A stretch of DNA of 41,491 bases from Verrucomicrobiota bacterium. GTDB taxonomy: Bacteria; Verrucomicrobiota; Verrucomicrobiia; Limisphaerales; SXQI01. The notes under the pieces were generated by a model. The model was not told the origin of the DNA, ran no database searches, and saw nothing but the letters and a program-made list of their open reading frames with translations. The stretch lies in NCBI GenBank assembly GCA_033762115.1, contig JANRLX010000002.1:1-41491 (forward strand), written 5' to 3'. Shown here in pieces: positions 33,055-41,491 of the stretch. The translations under genes were made by a program, and so were the position numbers. Within the stretch, counting starts at the first letter, position 1, and the number at the start of each line of letters is the position of its first letter.

Positions 33055-35496
33055 TTATTCCGTGATGGCGAAGGTTTTGCTTTCGCTGGTGATTCTTCGC
33101 GCGATCCATTCCCGCACTTTCGGGATTTTGGCTGACTCGAGGAGTTTGATTCCTTTGACATGGTCTGCGGCCACGGGTGGTTCTGCTGCGTACCAATACA
33201 TCAGGGGCAGGTTGTGGTCTGCGGCATCTTCACCATGGGCGAGCAGCGCGGTCAGAATCCCCCAACGTTTTTCCGGGGCAGTGCGTTGCATGGCGGCAGC
33301 CAGATAGAGGCGAACCACCGGCGAGGGATCGGTCTTTGCGAGTTGCTCAAACTGTTCCAATGCTTTGGCGGAGGGGTTGTGATCTTCACAGAGAAGCTGG
33401 ATGGTCCAGGCACGAACATACTCGTGGCTGTTTTTAAGGAGTTGAAGCGCGGTGGCTTCATTGAGTCCGCCAGTGGCGTGCAGGGCCCAAAGTGCGCGCA
33501 ATTTTTTGGTTGGCAATTGCTGTTCTTCGATCAGCCGTTGCAGGGCAGCATGTGTTTCCTTTTTTGGGCCGCGCTCCATGAGCAACCGGCGCGCATGGCG
33601 GACGTACCATTCATTTTCGTGCAGTTGGAAGGCGACGAGATCAGCGTCCGATTTGGCTGCGAGATCCACCTTGCTGGTTTTTTGGTTATTATAGACGAGC
33701 TTGAAAATTCGTCCGTTCGAGCGGTCATGCCCGGCCGCGTTGCCATGGTGACATTGGTTTTGGTCGTACCAATCGATCAGGTAAACTGAGCCGTCCTGGT
33801 CATACGTAAAATTCAGGACCTGGGACCATTTGTCCTGGAAGTTAATGAAGTCAGGCCCATGCCTGGCGACATAGCCGGAACCTTTTCGTTCGAGGATATC
33901 CATGTTCAAGCGTTGCCCATGGATATTGTTCATAAAAACTTTGCCGCGGTATTCAGCGGGCCAGCTCCCCCCCAAATAAATCATGAGCCCGGCATGCGCG
34001 TGCCCGCCCCCTGCGGAATCGGAGCGGTTATTTCCCGCGTGCGGTCCTTTATCGCCAGCGTAATGAACGTGATCAGCGATGGTGAGAATGTCTTCGTAAA
34101 TGTGAGGGTTAAAATGCTGTCCTGCCTGGCGTTGATAACGGCCGCCCTGGATCATGTGAAAGAAATGCGGGATCACACAGGCTTCGATATGGCATTGGCC
34201 ATATTCATCAAAATCGATTCCCCAGGGATTGCTGGTGCCTTCGGAAAATAATTCAAACCGATGCTTTAACGGATGGTACCGCCAAATGCCGGCATTGATG
34301 CGGGTGCGTTCGGAATCCTTTGCCCCCGGTTTTCCAACATTGGAGTGAGTGAACACTCCATGACATCCATAAAGCCAGCCGTCCGGGCCCCAGGTGAACG
34401 TGTTCAAGGTTTCGTGTGTGTCCTGCCAGGCCCAGCCATCCAGCATGATTTGCGGCGGTCCGTCCGGCTGGTCATCACCATTCCGGTCCGGGATAAACAT
34501 CAGGTAGGGAGCTGCGCCAACCCAGACGCCGCCAAAACCGACTTCCATGCCACTGACGAGATTGAGGTTTTCCGCGAAAACTTTTCGCTGGTCGAATTTT
34601 CCATCCCCGTTGCTGTCCTCAAAAATGAGGATGCGGTCCTTTCCCTGCCCCTCCTCGGCGCGATGAGGATAGGTATACGCTTCGGCCACCCACATTCTGC
34701 CACGGTCATCAAGGGCAAAGGCGATGGGCTGTTTGACATCCGGCTCGGCGGCGAAGACCTGCAATTTGAAACCATCAGGACCGGTCGCTTCGCGCGCGGC
34801 ATCCTCGGCTGACAACCCGGCGAACTTAACTGTGTCCGCCGCAGGAGCGGCGGAAGGCTTGCGGCCGTTGAATTCATTTGGAAATTGCGGACGCACAGCG
34901 TGGAATCGAAAATCATCAAAGTTGATATGGCCCCAATGCCCCTCCTGTGCGTCAACGATCCGGATAAAAATTTCCTTTCCCTGGTGAGGCTTTAAATCGA
35001 CGACGACCGGGCGCAGGTTTTCACTTTCATCACCGGTCACTTCCATGAACGGTTGCTTGTTTTCAGCCAGCACCAGTTCGACACGGGTATTGGCGTGGCG
35101 TCCACCAGCTACGAGAAAACTTGCGAACGGATGAGTGACCTTGAAGGGCACGGAGGTCATCGTGCCCATGGCGTTGTCACCATGGATTTCGAAAGTGCCC
35201 AGCCAGAATTCCCCATCGTGATTGCTTTGCATGTCGCCGCGCCGGGAAGCCACGGTGTCACCTTTAATGGGTTGCTGGTCAAAGGCCATGCCGCTGGCGG
35301 TCCAATCTTTCAGGTCGCCAGTTTCAAATCCGAGGTTGAGCGGTTTGCCTTCCTTGCCAAGAGGCTGGATGCCGTCCCTGTCAGCGGCGAGGGAACCTTC
35401 ATGGTTCAAGGCCAAAGCAGTCAGGAACAAGAAGGAAGCTCGCAACGGAAACCATTGATACAGGTGGCGAGAAAAGCAGGCGCGAACCATTTTCAT
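33055..35496 (-). CDS. PVC-type putative membrane-bound dehydrogenase (beta-propeller plus HEAT) with N-terminal carbohydrate-binding-like module
   Basis: FAAEPDVKQPIAFALDDRGRMWVAE, DRILIFEDSNGDG, WGPDGWLYG, GTSNPWGIDFD, GGGHAH, DGSVYLIDWYD, GRIFKL; no CxxCH in this ORF. Confidence 0.88.
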   Translation of the reverse strand: MKMVRACFSRHLYQWFPLRASFLFLTALALNHEGSLAADRDGIQPLGKEGKPLNLGFETGDLKDWTASGMAFDQQPIKGDTVASRRGDMQSNHDGEFWLGTFEIHGDNAMGTMTSVPFKVTHPFASFLVAGGRHANTRVELVLAENKQPFMEVTGDESENLRPVVVDLKPHQGKEIFIRIVDAQEGHWGHINFDDFRFHAVRPQFPNEFNGRKPSAAPAADTVKFAGLSAEDAAREATGPDGFKLQVFAAEPDVKQPIAFALDDRGRMWVAEAYTYPHRAEEGQGKDRILIFEDSNGDGKFDQRKVFAENLNLVSGMEVGFGGVWVGAAPYLMFIPDRNGDDQPDGPPQIMLDGWAWQDTHETLNTFTWGPDGWLYGCHGVFTHSNVGKPGAKDSERTRINAGIWRYHPLKHRFELFSEGTSNPWGIDFDEYGQCHIEACVIPHFFHMIQGGRYQRQAGQHFNPHIYEDILTIADHVHYAGDKGPHAGNNRSDSAGGGHAHAGLMIYLGGSWPAEYRGKVFMNNIHGQRLNMDILERKGSGYVARHGPDFINFQDKWSQVLNFTYDQDGSVYLIDWYDQNQCHHGNAAGHDRSNGRIFKLVYNNQKTSKVDLAAKSDADLVAFQLHENEWYVRHARRLLMERGPKKETHAALQRLIEEQQLPTKKLRALWALHATGGLNEATALQLLKNSHEYVRAWTIQLLCEDHNPSAKALEQFEQLAKTDPSPVVRLYLAAAMQRTAPEKRWGILTALLAHGEDAADHNLPLMYWYAAEPPVAADHVKGIKLLESAKIPKVREWIARRITSESKTFAITE

Positions 35497-35643
35497 ACTC
35501 GAATTGGATGGCTCGAGCGAAACAAAAAGCCGGGAGGAAGACGAGAAAATTCCAATTTGTTCAGACAGCGCCTTTCAATCAAATTGGTTTGCTCCGGCGG
35601 TCAGTAAACAGTTAACGTGAGCGGGTCACCATCAGGACTGCCG

Positions 35644-38600
35644 ATGAGAGAAAAATCCTTTGCACCAAACCTTCTCATGGGTCTTTGCCTGCTGGGAATC
35701 AGTGGGCGGGTCACCCTTCCCGCAGAGGCGGGGTTTGAAACAATCCGGCCCATCCTGGAGAAATATTGCCTGACCTGTCATTCGACAGAAAAGCAAAAAG
35801 GTGAGCTTGACCTGGAACAATTTTCCTCGTTGGAAGAAGTCAGGAAACAGCCCAAAATCTGGCAAAGCATCGTCGAACAGATTTCGCTCGGCGAGATGCC
35901 GCCGAAGGATAAATCGCAACTCGCCACGGCAGATCGTGATCTGTTGCTGAAGTGGATCGAGGGGACACTCAATCAGATCGCCTTGGAAAACGCGGGTGAT
36001 CCAGGCCCGGTGGTGCTCCGTAGGCTTTCAAACGCAGAGTATACTTACACGATCCGGGATTTGACCGGTGTGGATTCCCTCGACCCTGCACGGGAATTCC
36101 CGGTGGATGGCGCAGCAGGCGAAGGGTTCATGAATGTGGGTAACTCCCTTGTCATGTCCCCCTCGCTGGTGACGAAATATCTGGATGCAGCAAAGTCGGT
36201 CGCCAGTCATGCAATGCTCCTGCCGCATGGAATCCGTTTTTCCGCAAGCAACACCCGGCGGGACTGGACCGAGGAGATCATGGGAGAGATCCGGGGGGTT
36301 TATGGAAAGTACAGCGTGCCTGGAGGAGGGACCTCGGTAAACCTTCAAGGAATCAAGTTCGATACCAGGGATGGCGGGGTGATTCCAATGGAGAAATATA
36401 TTGCCGCTTTGATCCAGGCACGGGAGGGAAAACCCATTGATCCTGAACAGATCGGATTGAGCGCTCGTTATTTTAAAATTTTGCAGGATGCGTTCAACAA
36501 TCCAGGCAAATCGCTCCTGCTGGATTCCATTCGCACGCAGTGGCTTTCGTTGAAGACGGAGGATGCCCCTGCGCTGGCGGAGGAAATTTTCAGGTGGCAA
36601 AAGGCATTGTGGAAATTCAGCAGCGTGGGACATATTGGAAAAGCAGGCGGACCAAAAGCATGGTTGGAGCCGTTCAGTCCCCTTTCATCCCAGCAAGAAT
36701 TCAAGCAAAAGCTATCCAGCCCGGTCGGTGACGAATTCATTATTTACCTCGCTGCCGGCGATGCAGGGGATGGAGTGGAAAACGATATCGTTCAATGGAA
36801 GGAACCACGATTGGTGGCCCCGGATGGGAAAATCATACCGCTGCGTTCCGTTTGGAATGGAAGCAAGTGGGGTGTTGATCCTGAATTATTCGGGAAGCGC
36901 CCGGACGGTTCGACGGGTGACCCGGAAAGCCTTTATGTGAAGACCCCCTCGGTGTTGGAAATTCGACTCCCGGCGAGCCTGGCGTTGATGACTGATTTTG
37001 TCGTGACCGGTCTTCTGGATGAAAAAACAGGAGCGGAAGGTTCTGTCCAGCTTCAGGCGCTCACGAACAAGCCGGTTGGAATTTCCGGATTACGACCTAC
37101 CGGAGTCAATGTAAGCGAAGCGGATGGCCCCTGGTACTCCAATAACCAGAAAGCAGCCGCAGAAACCCCGATTATTGTCCGGCAGGGGAGTGCGACAGCC
37201 CGGCGATTCGAGGCGGAGATCGAGGAATTTCGCAATCTGTTCCCGGCGGCGCTTTGTTACACGAAAATTGTGCCTGTCGATGAAGTTGTCACGCTGACTC
37301 TTTTCCATCGTGAGGACCAGCACCTTGCCAGATTAATGTTGACCGATTCAGAACGAACAAAACTGGATCGCCTTTGGGCTGAATTGCGCTTCGTCAGTGA
37401 AGATGCGCTGACGCTCGTGGATGTGTTCGACCAACTCTGGCAGTACGCAACCCAGGATGCTGATCCCGGAGTATTCGAACCAATGCGGCAGCCGATCAGG
37501 GAACGCGCCGTTTCCTTCCGGAAATTACAGGAAGCAACTGAACCAGTTCATTTGGCGGCGGTGCTGAAATTTGCCAATGATGCATATCGCCGTCCATTGA
37601 ACGATCTCGAACAATCAGAACTGCGAACTTTTTATCAGCAGTTAAGAAAACAGGAGTTGCCACATGACGAGGCGATCCGACTCTCGCTCGCACGAGTCCT
37701 TACTTCACCTTCATTCCTTTACCGTGCGGAAAAGCCAGGCCCGGGAAGGAAGGCAGGCCCGGTGACTTCCTGGGAAATGGCCAACCGCCTCAGTTTCTTC
37801 CTCTGGTCCTCAGCGCCAGACCTGGAGTTGCGGACCCTCGCTGCCAACGGAAAATTACAGGATCCGGAAATGCTGAAAAAGCAGGCACGACGGATGTTGA
37901 AGGACTGGCGCATTCGCCGATTGGCAACCGAGTTCGCCTGTGCCTGGCTCCACATTTACGATTTTGATGAACTTAATGAAAAGAGCGACCGCCATTTTCC
38001 AACATTCCTGGAAATTCGCAGCGCTCTTTACGAAGAGCCTATTCGCTTTTTTACCGATCTATTTCAAAATGACCGCCCTGTGCGGGAAATTTTGGATGCC
38101 GATTACAGCTACTTGAATGAACCGCTCGCCAGGCATTATGGAATTCCTGGAATCAAAGGGAAGGAATGGCAACGAGTGGATGGAATGAAGCGCTTCTCGC
38201 GCGGCGGCATCCTTGGTCAGGCCGCTATCCTCGCCAAACAATCCGGGGCTTCGCGCACGAGCCCGATCCTCCGGGGGAATTGGGTCAGCGAAGTGCTGAT
38301 CGGTGAAAAACTACCCCGTCCACCAAAGGATGTACCGCAATTGCCTGAAGAGGAAGGGACCGAAGGATTGACCATGCGGCAGCTGACTGAGAAACATACA
38401 ACTGATCCTCGATGTGCCGGATGCCATGCACGAATCGATGCCTTTGGATTCGCCCTGGAACATTACGATGCAATAGGCCGCTGGAGAGAGACGGAGGTGG
38501 GCGATCGCGCCATTAACACAAAAGCGAGGGCAATGGATGGGACGGATTTTGAGGGGCTTGAAGGATTGAGAAATTATTTGTTGAACCAGCGTGGGGATGC

Positions 38601-38814
38601 CTTTCTTAAGCAATTTTGCCGAAAGCTTCTTGGCTATGCCCTGGGGCGCTCAGTCCAGCTTTCAGATGGCCCGTTGCTTGATGAGATGATCTCACGCCTT
38701 AAAGTCAATGAATATCGTGTCAGTGTCGCAGTCGAAACCATTGTCCTGAGCAGGCAGTTCCGGGAAATTCGCGGACGTGAAACTGCTGATGAAATCACTA
38801 GCATCCAGAACTGA
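35644..38814 (+). CDS. DUF1592-family protein (planctomycete cytochrome c plus DUF1587/1595/1592/1588/1585 domains)
   Basis: CLTCH...KGELDL...GEMPP; LRRLSNAEY..TIRDLTG; AYRRPL; LSFFLWSSAPD; RTSPILRGNWV; CAGCH..ID..GFALE; LLGYALGR. Confidence 0.92.
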   Translation: MREKSFAPNLLMGLCLLGISGRVTLPAEAGFETIRPILEKYCLTCHSTEKQKGELDLEQFSSLEEVRKQPKIWQSIVEQISLGEMPPKDKSQLATADRDLLLKWIEGTLNQIALENAGDPGPVVLRRLSNAEYTYTIRDLTGVDSLDPAREFPVDGAAGEGFMNVGNSLVMSPSLVTKYLDAAKSVASHAMLLPHGIRFSASNTRRDWTEEIMGEIRGVYGKYSVPGGGTSVNLQGIKFDTRDGGVIPMEKYIAALIQAREGKPIDPEQIGLSARYFKILQDAFNNPGKSLLLDSIRTQWLSLKTEDAPALAEEIFRWQKALWKFSSVGHIGKAGGPKAWLEPFSPLSSQQEFKQKLSSPVGDEFIIYLAAGDAGDGVENDIVQWKEPRLVAPDGKIIPLRSVWNGSKWGVDPELFGKRPDGSTGDPESLYVKTPSVLEIRLPASLALMTDFVVTGLLDEKTGAEGSVQLQALTNKPVGISGLRPTGVNVSEADGPWYSNNQKAAAETPIIVRQGSATARRFEAEIEEFRNLFPAALCYTKIVPVDEVVTLTLFHREDQHLARLMLTDSERTKLDRLWAELRFVSEDALTLVDVFDQLWQYATQDADPGVFEPMRQPIRERAVSFRKLQEATEPVHLAAVLKFANDAYRRPLNDLEQSELRTFYQQLRKQELPHDEAIRLSLARVLTSPSFLYRAEKPGPGRKAGPVTSWEMANRLSFFLWSSAPDLELRTLAANGKLQDPEMLKKQARRMLKDWRIRRLATEFACAWLHIYDFDELNEKSDRHFPTFLEIRSALYEEPIRFFTDLFQNDRPVREILDADYSYLNEPLARHYGIPGIKGKEWQRVDGMKRFSRGGILGQAAILAKQSGASRTSPILRGNWVSEVLIGEKLPRPPKDVPQLPEEEGTEGLTMRQLTEKHTTDPRCAGCHARIDAFGFALEHYDAIGRWRETEVGDRAINTKARAMDGTDFEGLEGLRNYLLNQRGDAFLKQFCRKLLGYALGRSVQLSDGPLLDEMISRLKVNEYRVSVAVETIVLSRQFREIRGRETADEITSIQN

Positions 38815-38818
38815 AATT

Positions 38819-40123
38819 ATGAGTACCCATCGCTTTTCCAGACGGACATTTCTTCGCGGTGTCGGGGTCACGATGGCCCTGCCCTGGATGGAGTCGGCCA
38901 CTGTCTGGGGTGACCTGCCCCACGCGGCCAAGCCGGCAAGCGAAGCGCCGGTGCGGCTGGGGGTGCTCTTTGCCGGGAATGGATTTCACAGCAAGGAATG
39001 GTGGGCCACAGGTGAAGGCAGACAGATGGAACTGGGCAAAGTATTGGAACCGCTGACCCAATTTCGCGAAAAAATGGTTTTCGTGCGCGGGCTTTATAAT
39101 GAAGAGGCGTTGAAGGGAAATATTCACAGTTCACAAACCGGAAACCTGCTTTCCGGCGCGCCCCTCGCGGCAGGAGGAGAAATCCGCTCCGGCACGAGTA
39201 TCGATCAACTGCTCGCGCAACGATACGGCCATTCCACCAAAGTCCCCAGCCCGGTGCTCGGTTGTGAGAAATCGAATCCATCGGTGCATAAAAATTATTC
39301 GATGCTCTACAGCTCGCATATTTCCTGGAGTTCCCCCACAACACCCACCCCATTGGAAATCTACCCTGCACTGGCCTTCGACCGATTGTTCAAGGATGAA
39401 GTCCAGCGCGGGGACAAAAGTGTGCTGGATGCCGTGCTAAACGATGCGAAGGACCTGCGACGACAGATCAGCGCCAACGATCAACGCAAACTTGACGAAT
39501 ATCTCGATTCCGTCAGGGACGTTGAACAACGAATTGAAAACGCCGGAAAAAAAGGGGAACTGCAGGGGTGGCGCCCAACCCTGGAAAAACCGAACATGCC
39601 CCGCCCTGCCGACGGCATCCCGCAGGATATTTCAGAGCACATGCGGCTGATGAGCGACATCATGGTGCTCGGGTTTCAAACTGATACCACCCGCATTTGC
39701 ACCCTGAAATTGAATAACGATCACTCCTCTCTACGATTTCCCCATCTGGGAGTGGATTACATGATTCATCATCTGTTATCGCACAATGACACTGCGGACT
39801 GGCTGAAAGTGAACCGGTTTTTCCTCGAACAGGTCGCTTACATTGCCCGCAAGCTGGATGCAATCCAGGAGGGGGAACGCACCGCGCTGGATAATACGAT
39901 GCTGATGTTTTGTTCCAGCATGCTCAACGGAAATCATGATGCCAGCCAACTCCCGGTTGTGCTGCTCGGCGGCGCAGGAGGGCGGATCAAGGGGGGACGG
40001 GTGCTGGATTATAACGGCAAACCGGAACGACAAATGTGCCGTCTGTACCTTTCGATGATGGATAAGATGAATGTGAGGCTGCCGCAGTTTGGCGACGCTT
40101 CCAAACCGTTGGAAGAAATTTAA
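38819..40123 (+). CDS. DUF1552-family protein, Tat signal
   Basis: SRRTFLRGVGVTMALPWMES; SIDQLLA; ISW; P.LAFDRLF; SVLD; KLDEYLDSVRDVEQRI; HHLLSH; LPVVLLGGAGG. Start ATG 38819. Confidence 0.93.
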   Translation: MSTHRFSRRTFLRGVGVTMALPWMESATVWGDLPHAAKPASEAPVRLGVLFAGNGFHSKEWWATGEGRQMELGKVLEPLTQFREKMVFVRGLYNEEALKGNIHSSQTGNLLSGAPLAAGGEIRSGTSIDQLLAQRYGHSTKVPSPVLGCEKSNPSVHKNYSMLYSSHISWSSPTTPTPLEIYPALAFDRLFKDEVQRGDKSVLDAVLNDAKDLRRQISANDQRKLDEYLDSVRDVEQRIENAGKKGELQGWRPTLEKPNMPRPADGIPQDISEHMRLMSDIMVLGFQTDTTRICTLKLNNDHSSLRFPHLGVDYMIHHLLSHNDTADWLKVNRFFLEQVAYIARKLDAIQEGERTALDNTMLMFCSSMLNGNHDASQLPVVLLGGAGGRIKGGRVLDYNGKPERQMCRLYLSMMDKMNVRLPQFGDASKPLEEI

Positions 40124-41490
40124 TTCAGGACCAATTCACTCCGCAGGGTTTGGGGGGAATTTTCCGCACGACTTGGCCTGATCTGAAGTAGCTGAATAAT
40201 TTGGGCAGCCGCTTCCTCGATTGTTGCTGCGAAATAATCGCTGCCGGAGCTTTCGTTTAATTTCCGGAGCTTCTCCTCGGTATAGGTATTTCCCCAGCGA
40301 ACCATGCAAATCTTGACCCCGGGAATTTTTTCACGAAGCCGTTTGGCAAGATACTTTGCCGGACCAATCCGGTGCGGGGCCATCGAACCGATGCAAACGA
40401 CTTCCGGAGGCGCGGACACTGCTTTTTCGATCATTTCTCCCGAGAGCGCATTGGCTGAAAGCACCTCCACATGACAAAGATTTTTTCCCAGCCGATGCCC
40501 GAGCATGGTCAGGGCAATCTCCTCGAATTTGCCCGAAGCAGGCAGGCAAAGGACCACCCCTTTTGAATCGCAGTTCTGGTCTACTGCTGAATTTACCGAC
40601 TGCTGCTCATCCGGCAGGCTGTCAATAATTTCCTGGGATGCCTTGAGAATGAATTCCTCATCTTCATCCGAAAGCTTCTTTTGTTGCAGATCCCTATTTG
40701 CATACACCAGGGAAGGAATCAAAATATTGTCGTAAATCGTTTCAGGTTTGGATTTTTTCAGATACTTCCGGACAATTTCCCTGGCTTCAGCAAGATCCAT
40801 TGCCAGCAGACGCTGGTAATAAATCATTCTCCCCTCCATCACCGGCTCGTCACCCATGAGCATGCCGAGGAAGGAAAGCCCCGGAATATGTTTTGCAAAC
40901 ACCACGAGGCAAACGGTCAATGGCGCGGCAAGGGCCAGCCCAATCGCTCCCCAAACCCAGGTCCAGAATGCGACCGCAAGGATCAGCGCCACCTCCGACA
41001 CTCCCACGGTGGGACCATAGAGGAGCGGTTCCATGAACATGTTGCTGAGAAGCTCTATCGCAACGAAAAGCCCTATAACCAGCAACGGGCTAAGCCAGCC
41101 GGGAAATACAGCCAATGCCAGGCTGATCGGCAACAAGGCTCCCAGCCACGGCCCCACATACGGAATGAAACGAACCATTGCCGCGAGAAATCCCCAGAGC
41201 AGGGCGTAAGGCAGACCGATGAAATAGAGCCCGATCCCAATCGCCACACCATACGTACTGTTCACCAGCGTTTGCATCAGGATATAGCGGCTGATTCGAT
41301 TGGCCGCTTCATCAATTGCCTTTGTGGTGGTTGGCAATCGCGCATAACCCACCACCCGGATGAGCCGATTGCGCAACTCGAGGCGGCGCAGCAAAATGAA
41401 AATAACGAGCACCACCACAAGACCGGCAGTGGCGAGAATTTCGACCAGCGGACCCAGTGCGCCTTGTAGTGAAACCGGCGCTGCATCTTC
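40120..41490 (-). CDS. AI-2E family transporter with C-terminal soluble domain (5'-truncated by window edge)
   Basis: LRNRLIR, RFIPYVGP, EPLLYG..VGVS, FWTWVWGAIGLALAAPLTVCL, YYQRLLA; frame stays open to the window end; C-terminal part resembles a B12-binding/receiver-like fold. Confidence 0.9.
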   Translation of the reverse strand, partial: EDAAPVSLQGALGPLVEILATAGLVVVLVIFILLRRLELRNRLIRVVGYARLPTTTKAIDEAANRISRYILMQTLVNSTYGVAIGIGLYFIGLPYALLWGFLAAMVRFIPYVGPWLGALLPISLALAVFPGWLSPLLVIGLFVAIELLSNMFMEPLLYGPTVGVSEVALILAVAFWTWVWGAIGLALAAPLTVCLVVFAKHIPGLSFLGMLMGDEPVMEGRMIYYQRLLAMDLAEAREIVRKYLKKSKPETIYDNILIPSLVYANRDLQQKKLSDEDEEFILKASQEIIDSLPDEQQSVNSAVDQNCDSKGVVLCLPASGKFEEIALTMLGHRLGKNLCHVEVLSANALSGEMIEKAVSAPPEVVCIGSMAPHRIGPAKYLAKRLREKIPGVKICMVRWGNTYTEEKLRKLNESSGSDYFAATIEEAAAQIIQLLQIRPSRAENSPQTLRSELVLN

Positions 41491-41491
41491 C

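Noticed and set aside
33040..33060. Frameshift pseudogene at the dehydrogenase/cytochrome junction
   Set aside because: The second ORF has its own ATG and signal peptide right after a clean stop.
40681..41469. 262-aa + strand ORF
   Set aside because: Antisense shadow of the AI-2E transporter.

Overview
Gene-dense, mostly housekeeping bacterial chromosome segment. Gene content (DUF1592/DUF1552 pair, PVC-type dehydrogenase and heme proteins, Tat-exported Gfo/Idh/MocA enzyme, exosortase) suggests the PVC superphylum, probably Verrucomicrobiota; this is inference. About 37 CDS. From left to right: 3' end of glnA with its terminator; DUF6807/PmoA-like protein; a minus-strand speA-membrane protein-SRPBCC-MATE run; an atypical Ser/Thr kinase converging on an orphan KaiB; a dedA-queE-aminotransferase-rsmA-Nudix operon; a sigma70-apt-ogg-comB run; a Zn peptidase; a DUF4380-oxidoreductase-nagB operon; a six-hairpin glycosidase-like protein; an M42 peptidase; a Tat oxidoreductase; TPR protein plus exosortase; GT2; a small lipoprotein; acpP-fabF; a xylose-isomerase-like enzyme; a split dehydrogenase/cytochrome c pair divergent from DUF1592-DUF1552; and a truncated AI-2E transporter. 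I found no CRISPR array, rRNA, intact tRNA, transposase or integrase. The best leads for something undescribed are (1) a candidate ~115-nt sRNA at 22520-22634 with an anti-Shine-Dalgarno loop and its own terminator, (2) an in-register tRNA 3'-end/att-like scar with phased GTGGGA repeats at 27555-27730, near an apparent GC-skew switch, (3) a kinase lacking the beta3-Lys/alphaC-Glu pair next to a Cys-rich orphan KaiB, and (4) a glycine-riboswitch-like fold upstream of an amino-sugar operon. All family calls come from motif recognition by eye; no searches were run.
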